DNA from: Anthoceros angustus | Taxonomy: Eukaryota; Plantae; Anthocerotophyta | DNA length: 64,000 bases | Assembly: GCA_010909165.1 (NCBI GenBank) | Contig: VJWM01000258.1 | Location: 126,603 to 190,602 of the forward strand | Reading direction: 5' to 3' | Shown here: in pieces, positions 55,360 through 64,000 of the stretch | Layout: the number at the start of each line of letters is the position of its first letter | Position numbering within the stretch: the first letter of the stretch is position 1 | Notes under the pieces: generated by a model | The model's database searches: none | Told to the model about the DNA's origin: nothing | What the model saw: the letters and a program-made list of their open reading frames with translations, nothing else | Translations under genes and position numbers: made by a program

Positions 55360-56644
55360 ATGGCGGCTGTGCAGGTGGGATATGCTATCACTCTAGTGCC
55401 TCAAAGGCCGGATTGGTTGGAGGCGCTGCTCACCGAGAAGTTCTTCAGTCCCTGCCTCAAGCACGCCGCTGCTAAGAAGAATGAGAGGAACATCTTCTGC
55501 CTCGATTGTAATGACAGCATCTGTCAGCATTGCCTCTCGCCGCACCGGACGCACCGTCTGCTCCAGGTAGTCACTCGAAGTGCCGTTTCTGCAGCTCTTA
55601 CTCATGCCGAATTGCAACGTTTTGAGCTTGAGCTCTCTCAACTTGTTTGCCGCAAGTAGATCTCCGAAATCTGTGCTCAGCGGATCCGGAGCAGCTGAGA
55701 ATTCAGATCTGGAGTCGCAGTGGCTGGCCGATTTAGCTGAATGTGGAGCTGCTGGCTCAACTCGAGTTCCTCGCCTCAATTTTCGGTGTTTGCTTTCAGA
55801 TCCGGAGATATGTTTACCACGATGTAATTCGACTACAAGACATTCAGAAATTGGTGGACTGCGCCTTAGTTCAGGTATGGAATCGGGGGCATGGGAAGCG
55901 GTGGATTGGATTTAGTCTCATGCCGTTCAGATCTGCATGTGCTGCTTCAAAGGCAATTAGGATAATTAGTCTTGAGATTGGACCTCGCGACACTGCTGGC
56001 TGCACAATTCGTCGCCTCATTTCCTTGCCGCTCGCCGTACTTGCAGACGTACATCATCAACAGCGCGCGGGTGGTGTTTCTGAACCAGAGGCCTCAGCCC
56101 CGGCCTACAAAATCGCAGGGTAATGCGTGTGAAACCTGCGACAGGAGCCTCCAGGACGCCTACCGCTACTGCTCCGTTGCCTGCAAGGTGAGCAGTAGTG
56201 AATTCTGCCTTCAAAGTTCCCCCATTTCGTGCACTGCAGCCATTTCCGGAAATCGAACAGTGGTGCTCGATGCAGGTGGATGCTACCATCAGTCAAGGTG
56301 TGGAATTAGCGGGGATCTTGCCGCGCTGCAATAGTCTGCCCTTCACAGACTTCTGCCCCTGCTCGCCACCGGACAGCGACAAGACTGGCAAGGTGGAAAT
56401 TGAGGAAGACTTCTCTCCCAACTCGGTGCTGGATAAGCCGCAGTCTCTAACGTCGTCGGCCTCTACTGACCTGGACGACAGCAATTGTTGCGCCACTCTT
56501 ACCTCCACCGCCACCACTGTGTCTCCATTCAAGAAGAGCAGAAGTTGTCGGCCCCCATCAACCCCGCCTGCCATCCCTCCGTCTCCCAGGATACCCTCTG
56601 TCAACAGAAGAAAGGGCACGCCACACCGGTCACCTAGTTACTAA
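55360..56644 (+). CDS. PLATZ: PLATZ zinc-dependent transcription factor, 4 exons
   Basis: [47 protein letters not shown] / [25 protein letters not shown] / [37 protein letters not shown] / ..[14 protein letters not shown]. Confidence 0.96.
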
Positions 56645-58247
56645 CCGCTCCCTGCCTTGCTTTCCTCTGAGGAAGCAGCTTGGCTTCGCTGCGGGGCACT
56701 ACTGCAGGGGCTTGCCCTCCTGCAAGAAGGAGGCTAGTTCTCTCGCTGCTGCGTCAGAGAGTTCTACTTATTCTGCTACTTTCTCTACTTGGCGTCAGAC
56801 CCTCCAGGTTGCACTTTCTTCGACCCAGAAGCATCCTTGTGTTTTATGGCCCTCTAGCTGCAGCGGTTTTTCATCGTTGCTTTCGTGTTTGCTGCCATTG
56901 CCTCTGAGGATCAAGGGTTGCAGTTTTCAGCAGACATCTACCACTGAGGGTGGGCGGGTTATAACTTAATATGTAGCAGCTGGGCAGACTGGATTCGTTG
57001 ATATACAAGCCATTGAGGTAAAATTTTTCATTTGAGGCTTGTGTCAAATCACGAGTGTATGGGAGATTCGTACAGAACCCTTCCGTACATATTTAGGTCC
57101 AAATATTGGGACCTTGAGCGGACTGTTCCTGTGTATGAGAATGAGAGGTGTGGATGGAGCAATTTCCGCCTGTACCATGCGTGGGCATCGTGAAAATCTC
57201 GATAAAAGCTGATGTTGTATCTGGCGGGTGCAGACGCTTTATCCCGTACAGAAATACGTGTTTGTATAGCCTACAGAGGTCTTCAGTGAGGTAACAGCAG
57301 ACTGTCGACAAAGCTGTTGCCAGTTGGTGAATTCGTGAACATCGTTTTCACCTTCTGTTGAAATGTAACTACGGGATTTCACTTGTGTAGATCAGGGATT
57401 TTGATGGAGGTTATCGTTGCTCGCGGAGAATCCTACAGTCTGCAGTCTGCTGACGTACAACGCGTTGATGATAGCGAACATCCAAGCTTCCAATCGATAA
57501 CTAAAACGTTAAGTTTTAATCGACAGCTCAAAACTAAAATATTACGTATGTTCAAATTGAGACCGAAATCATTGCTGTTCAAATCAAGAGTTTAAAACCA
57601 TTCCCTTGAAATGAAAAGTTAAAACCATGACTTTCAAATCGAGAGTAAAAAAAGATTCGAATGTATAGCACAAAAATATTAGCTCAAATTGATAACTTAA
57701 ATATTACGTTAGACTAAATCCTATCCACTACTTCCAATCTCCTAGATCATCTGTTTATCCAGTACATGTCCGCGTGTAAGCTAGCAAGTACATAACCCAG
57801 ACAAAAAGCCAGTAGCTGTCCGCGTATAAGCTAGCAAGTACATAACCCGAGCACAAAGCCGTTCTGGATATGTGACGTTTGGATCCATTGATAGCTAAAA
57901 TATTATGTGTGATCAAATTGAGAGAAAATCATTAAGTTAAAATCAAGAGTTCAAACCATTAGGTTCAAATTGAAAAAACTTTTAAATATGAAATGAAATG
58001 GATAGCTAAAAATATCATGTTAAAATTGAAAGCTAAAGTATTAGGTTAGACTAAATCCAATCCACTGCTTCCAATGTTCCCGATCACCTATTTATCCAAT
58101 TTTTTTCGGCACCTCACTTCCATGTCATGCAAGGAGGCCGGCAACTTCCTCGATGAAGCAGAGACAACAACTGATGGAAAAGCTTGAAAAGCATTTTAAG
58201 TACTTTGCTAATTCTGCCAGGTTTTATATCACCACTGATGCTTGAAA

Positions 58248-61200
58248 TTTGATTTCTATACTGATTCCCGACTAGGTTATGGGCTCATTGACTAATCAAT
58301 GAAGCTGTGCAGTTGCCATTGCCTGTCAACGGTTCATGGTTTCTAGGTTGTGTGCATGCACCTTGGTGGTAGGCAACGCAACGCCGGAAGTGACAGGACG
58401 CAAGTGCAACTGGAGATTGATGTTGGCTACCGAGGTCAATTTCTATGAACGCTGGCTCAACGTTGACCTATGAACGCTCCTCTCCTACCGGATACACATT
58501 GGATTTTTCAACTAGCGAGTAACTAAAAGCTGGTATGCCTTTTAAGATGATATGTCACGACATGGAATTTCTACATTCGGATCATTCAAGAGATAATATT
58601 TGAAGGTGAACATACACAAAGCGTTCGGGTCTTTGGGAAGGTTGTTTTTGATGGTTGTCGGAATATCCCTTTTAGGATGTAATTGCCAAATTCGTACTGA
58701 AAAAACGGGTTTAACTCACAGTCATGGCATCTTCCTTTCAACGGACCACCATAGCGTAATCGGTAGTACCACTTTCGCAGATGCGACTTACCAGAATAAT
58801 ACCCATGTTGGCTCCCATCCTCGGGTAAAATACTTGCTCCGGATTTTTGGTGCCTTTTATTCCAATCATTGTGAAGCGAGCTGGATGATTGTGTGAAATC
58901 ATATTCTCGAACTAAGGAGTGCCATGTGTACACCCGCGCCTTTGAAATAATCAAACGTGTGAACGCTTGAACATTACGCGGGTGATGTCGGCCGCATCGA
59001 CGGCCCGCCCGGCCTTGCGGCGCTTGGAATCATGATTACATAAACATTGATAGCGTCATTATACGATCATGATTACGACATGCGGTTATGGATTGTGAAA
59101 GCGATGTGATCAATGCTCAGCGCTATCGTCATATCTGAAAGGGTTTTCACTAGTGAAAGGCAACCATATATGCCAAGATGGTGTTGCGGCTTGACGGAAG
59201 CATGTCCACAATAGAAGGCGAGGTTTGCAAGGAACTCAATGCCGGCATGATGTCACACTTTTGTCTTAACATTTCAGGAGAAAGTAATATATTTTTCTAC
59301 TATCTTTGGACTCCGCAATCCAGTCGCAGCATGTTAGATATCATGAAACTAGGTGCGGAGTTGTTCCACACTTATTCCCAAACCCAAAACACATGACATT
59401 ACTCCTACTTTGAATCGAGACCCTCACCCTCCTTCAATGGTGTCATTACCATCATTGTCGCCTCCATCGCCTCATTGGAAGTGCATGGAATTCGTCGGAG
59501 CACTCACTTCTCCTTTATAGCTTTTTATCCGGCTCGTCTGAGATGCTTCACGGAAGTTAGCTTAAAACCCATAGTATACTATAACGCTTTTTTTACAAAC
59601 AAATTTTGATGTTTGGAGGTCTTTGCACTTTCACCTTTTCGCAAGTGGCTCTTCCATTTCACTCCTCGAGAAATACTCCCCAACATATTTGCCCTCGTAA
59701 GCATCGCAGGTCCGTCGCCACCGATTGCACAAGTATATAGGGTTCGGTGCAGAGGTGGATAACAATCTTCGATACTTTAAACGCCATGTTGTGTGTCGCC
59801 TTCACGGCGTCACAATGAACATTCTTCTCTATCTCCGTGATATTTCCATTCATCCTCCATTTCCTCTGGCGATAGTGCTTTGATGGGCCCTAGGTACATG
59901 GCCTTGTGGTATATCGCATAATAAAGCCTCATCCAATCACTTCTTCCGGTATCTACTTGGAGGAATGCCTCACGCTGCCCCTGTCGTACCATCTCCAAGG
60001 GGTTATCGTCCAATGTTATGGTCTACTATATTTGCGATTTCAACTTGATCATTCTAGAAATCCATCCACCATTCTTCCTCCGCAGTAGTCAAATAAGTTG
60101 GTAGCTTTTATCAATCCTTTCTTCAAGTGATCTAACGCCTTGGTAAAGATTCTCACTTTTGTCTTGACAGGCTGCCATCAATTGGCCGATGATGTCTCTG
60201 GAACATAAGACAAAAACTCCATCTTTGAATTCTATCGATTCCGACTAGGTTATGGGCTCATTGACTAATCAATGCGGCAATACCATTGCTCATGGTTTCA
60301 TAGTTTCTAGGTTGTGTGCATGCACCTTGGTGGGTAGACGCCAGTACGCCTCGATTCGTAGCTTGTACGCAAGTGCAACCGAGATTGATGTTGGCTACCG
60401 AGGTCAATTTCTATGAACCGGCTCAACGTTGACCTATGAACGCTCCTGCCCTCCGATACACATTGGATTTTTCAACTAGCGAGTAACTAAAAGCTTCGGT
60501 GCGTCTTTAAGATGAATGTCACGACATGGAATTTCTACATTCAGATCATTCAGAAACAGCATAATATTTGAAGCGGCTGAACATACACCAAGCGGCTCCG
60601 GGGGTCTTTAAACTGGGAAGGTTGTTTTTGATGGTTGTCGGAATATCCCTTTTAGGATGTAATTGCCAAATTGCATCAAAAACGGTTTAACTCACACGTC
60701 ATGGCATCTTCCTTTCAACGCACCACTAGCGTAACGGTAGTACCACTTCGCAGCAGACTTACCAGAATAATACCCATGTTGGCTCCCCATCCTTGGTGCA
60801 AAATACTTGCCTCTGGATTTTTTGCCTTTTATTCCAATCATTGTAAACAGAGCCGATGATTGTGTTGAAATCATATTCCGAACTAAGGAGTGCCATTTGC
60901 GTCTTTAAATAATAATAACGCGTGAACGCGGCATGGGTGGCACAGGCGTCGGCGCCCAGCATCGGTAAATGTTGCCGCCGCCAGTTGGAATCATGATTAC
61001 ATAAACATTGATAGCCATTATGGATCATGATTACGACATGCGCTTGGTGGATTGTGAAACAGGCGATCAATGCTCACCAACGCGTCGTCATGCTCTGATA
61101 AAGGGTTTTCACTAGTGAAAGGCAACCATATATGCCAAGATGGTGTTATGCTTGACTAAGCATGTCCACAATAGGCGGTTTGCAAGGAACTCAATGCGGC

Positions 61201-62232
61201 ATGATGTCACACTTTTGTCTTAACATTTCAGGAGAAAGTAATATATTTTTCTACTATCTTTGGACTCCGCAATCCAGTCGCAGCATGTTAGATATCATGA
61301 AACTAGGTGCGGAGTTGTTCCACACTTATTCCCAAACCCAAAACACATGACATTACTCCTCGCCTGAATCGAGACCCTCACCCCCTCCTTCAATGGTGTC
61401 ATTACCATCATTGTCGCTCTCCATCGCCTCATTGGAAGTGCATGGCTGGAGGTGCATTCGGAGAGCACTCAGCTTCTCCTTTATAGCTTTTTATCCGTCA
61501 GCGTCTGAGATTTCGAAGTTAGCTTAAACCCATAGTATACTATAACGTTTTTTTGCACAAACAGCTTTTGGATGTTTGGAGGTCTTTGCACTTTCCCTGC
61601 TTTTCTTTTCGCAAGTGGCTCTCTGTCCATTTCACTCCTCAGAAAATACTCCCCAACATATTTGCCCTCGTAAGCATCGGTGTGGTCCGTTCGCCACCAG
61701 TGCACAAGTATATAGGGTTCCGGTGCCGCGAGGTGGACACTAACAATCTTCGATACTTTAAACGCCATGTTGTGTGTGTCGCCTTCACAGCGTCACAATG
61801 AACATTCCTTTCTATCTCCGTGATATTTCCATTCATCCTCCATTTCCTCCTCCGGCTCGATACTTTGATAGGCCCCTGTGTACATGGCCCTTTGGTATTT
61901 CGCGAATAAAGCCTCATCCAATACCGCTTCTTCCAGATCTACATTGAGGAACGTGTTCACTGGCCGCCTGCGTACCATCTCCGTGGGTTATGGTGACAAG
62001 TCCAATGTTATGGTCTACTATATTTGCGATTTCAACTTGATCATTCTAAAATCCATCCACCATTCTTCCTCCGCAGAGTCAAATAAGTTGGTAGCTTTAT
62101 CAATCCTTTCTTCAAGTGATCCACGCCACGCATGTAAGACCGCCTCACTTTTGTCTTTGCCCACAAAGGCCATCAAGGAGTCGGGCCGACGGTTCGAACA
62201 TAAGACAAAAACTCCAGCCCATCTTTGAATTC
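58248..62232. repeat. ~2 kb tandem duplication (58248-60232 / 60224-62232), both copies indel-rich
   Basis: ccgactaggttatgggctcattgactaatcaatg occurs at ~58268 and ~60241, and cataagacaaaaactcca at ~60204 and ~62199. The copies are collinear throughout. Confidence 0.9.
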
Positions 62233-62570
62233 CCACAACGGCGAAGTGGAGTACAACTTACTTAGAATGACAGTTACCTTTCCGCGGCCGACTTTGTCTT
62301 CCCGTGTGATTTTGAACTGGTGTTGAAATGATAGGTTGTTCAACTTCCGCACCGCACCTGTGTATTTCCGCCCGTCAATCCCTGTTTGTATAGGCCACAC
62401 GAATGACCGAAAGTCGGCAACCTTTGTCAACACAATTACCTCTGGATTTGGCGTGAATGACTCTCTCAAAATTTCTTGCATAGTAGGCAAGGACCTGGCC
62501 TCTTTGTGCTTTAAATGCTTTGAGAAACAAGAAAATATTTGATCTACCTGGTCGTGTGTATGCCCGATGT
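61480..62570 (-). mobile_element. Transposase relic with a GHTHxxxDQxFS motif (DUF7869/Sola-like DDE/D); its 3' part is duplicated at ~59500-60230
   Basis: The minus frame reads IGHTHDQVDQIFSCFSKHLKHKEARSLPTMQEILRESFTPNPEVIVLTKVADFRSF (62539-62565 for GHTH..DQ) and continues through frameshifts to ~61480. Confidence 0.6.
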
Positions 62571-63354
62571 GGACAACGGGCTCTCTTTGGGGTTAGGAAA
62601 TAAGCTGGGTTTGTTTTTTTTCGTAGGTATGGAGTGTAAAATAAGGCCAAAAAGGAGGAATAAGCACGGACACTCCCGACGCGGTTCGGATGCACTCCCG
62701 ACCGAGGTAATTACGTGCCACTGGGACCCCTGCACACTGGCGACCTCGTGCCACTGGCGACCTTGCACTGGCGACCTCGTGCCACTCCGGCGACCCGGTG
62801 CCACAAGGCGACCTCGTGACCACGACCGAGTACGGATAAGTCCGACCCCACTCCCGGCCGAATGGGTTAAGTACACCAAGAAGGTAATTTAGAAGTTGGG
62901 GCATGAGCAGATGAGCGCGCCACGTGGACGGCCTCGAATGGAAGACGGCATGCAGAGCAGACCAGCATTGCTGTCAAGCAGGCGTATTCACGCCCGCACC
63001 GCCACAGCCAGAAGGCCGCAGTAGGCGGAAGCGAAGGCAGAGTAAGCTGTGCTCCCGACGACACAAAGAAGAGCCACCCTCCGCCGATTGCCATCTCGAC
63101 GGCGAGAGGCAAGGCGGAGGTCATTCTTCCAAGCCCTCGCACGATCTTCGCATGCTCGCCGACACCGGGCGTTGTCTTTGTGATCGCCAGCACCTCCGCC
63201 GCCGACCGCGAGGAAGCAACCCGACGCCGCCAAGGAACGGACAATTGCGAGCCTCACACCCGCCAGGGACAACAGGAGCGGAAGATGGGACCCAAGAAGG
63301 CGCGGAGGTTTGGGAGCCATGGAGCTTGGTGGAACGTAACATCGCCACCAACAA

Positions 63355-63489
63355 CTCGCCTTCTTCGTCAAGAACGCCTTCGACGTCTCGGCCAACCTCC
63401 GACGTGCTTGGCGTCGCGCCCACGTTCGGACCCAGTTCTCGGTCTCGCGGCCCCGCACCATCGGGATCGACGCCACGGCCAAATTCTAA
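63355..63489 (+). CDS. C-terminal fragment of a bacterial TonB-dependent outer-membrane receptor
   Basis: LAFFVKNAFDVSANL...FSVSRPRTIGIDATAKF*: the F.KN.FD motif, the terminal PRTIG beta-strand and the final Phe are typical of alphaproteobacterial TBDRs. Codons are very GC3-rich. Confidence 0.7.
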   Translation, partial: LAFFVKNAFDVSANLRRAWRRAHVRTQFSVSRPRTIGIDATAKF

Positions 63490-63624
63490 CCAGCCAGGAC
63501 CGCTCGCGAGCGCCAGCGCCCGCCAGAGCCGACGACCGCCGCGCCCAGCCGGGCGCGGTCCTGGCGAGGCGAGCGTCGCGGCACGGGCGCCCGCCGCCCG
63601 CCACATGGAACAAGGAGCTTCGTC

Positions 63625-64000
63625 ATTCTCCGGTTCGACCTGCTTATGATCGTCCTTCTCGCCCTGGCGCTGCTCGCCGCGTCGCTGCGGCTCTCCAGCT
63701 GGATATGCCGGCTCCTGCCAGGCGCCGCCATCCTGGCCGCGGCGGCTCACCTGGCCTTCGAGGGCGCTCGCTGGCAGATGGTCCCGGTCTATACGGTTCT
63801 GGGGGCGCCTCGGCTGAGAATCCCGCCCCTGCGGGTTTGCAGGCGCGCGAGGCTCCTGGTTCGCCTGGACCGCGCGGGCGGGCGCGGCCGGACTGCTGCT
63901 GACCGCGGGCGTCGCGGCCTACCTGTTTCCGATGTTCCAGCTTCCCGAGCCCAGCGGCCCCTACGCCATCGGCACGCGGACCTTCGATCTGGTCGACGCC
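63625..64000 (+). CDS. 5' part of a bacterial membrane-anchored alpha/beta hydrolase (PAF-acetylhydrolase / COG4188-like); frameshifted and truncated by the window end
   Basis: AAGGAG at 63612-63617, a 7-nt spacer, then (ATT)LRFDLLMIVLLALALLA...AHLAFEGARWQMVPVY and, after a frameshift, GLLLTAGVAAYLFPMFQLPEPSGPYAIGTRTFDLVDA. ~70% GC, no introns. Confidence 0.75.
   Translation, partial: MLRFDLLMIVLLALALLAASLRLSSWICRLLPGAAILAAAAHLAFEGARWQMVPVYTVLGAPRLRIPPLRVCRRARLLVRLDRAGGRGRTAADRGRRGLPVSDVPASRAQRPLRHRHADLRSGRR

Noticed and set aside
57520-58110. AT-rich block with ~340 bp-spaced direct repeats and a 54-bp tandem
   Set aside because: It is probably a non-autonomous TE fragment, but I could not define termini, TSDs or a family.
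62890-63350. Extension of the TonB-dependent receptor upstream of 63355
   Set aside because: The sequence is too noisy, with no sustained GC3-biased frame, so the plant/bacterial boundary cannot be placed more precisely.

Overview
Gene-dense nuclear DNA of a non-seed land plant. Short ~80-110 bp GT-AG introns, TTTAGGG-type telo-boxes and ~50% GC suggest a hornwort, liverwort or lycophyte; this is an inference. Recognisable genes, left to right: NPSN SNARE (+), an orphan intronless ORF (+), intronless 3-hydroxyisobutyryl-CoA hydrolase (-), pyrimidine 5'-nucleotidase (+), myo-inositol-1-phosphate synthase (+), UTP20 (+), COX VIIa (-), RAD51C (-), a decayed RLE-type (CRE-like) non-LTR retrotransposon (-), D27-like beta-carotene isomerase (-), a plastid-type membrane protein (+), a GT31 galactosyltransferase (+), a GDSL lipase (+), a secreted Cys-rich peptide (-), a PPR relic (-), a PLATZ factor (+) and a GHTH-motif transposase relic (-). 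The last ~650 bp are bacterial-looking DNA: a TonB-dependent receptor C-terminus followed by a PAF-acetylhydrolase-like gene with a Shine-Dalgarno site. The most striking structure is a set of local duplications whose junctions all lie on 9-10 bp direct microhomologies: a five-junction mosaic of MIPS and downstream DNA, a 2.2 kb UTP20 5' duplication with a templated 4-bp insertion, and a ~2 kb duplication near 58-62 kb. This is either a real template-switching or tandem-duplicator process or a small-k consensus artefact. Scattered homopolymer indels in conserved genes show the sequence is error-prone long-read consensus, so the artefact explanation must be excluded first.
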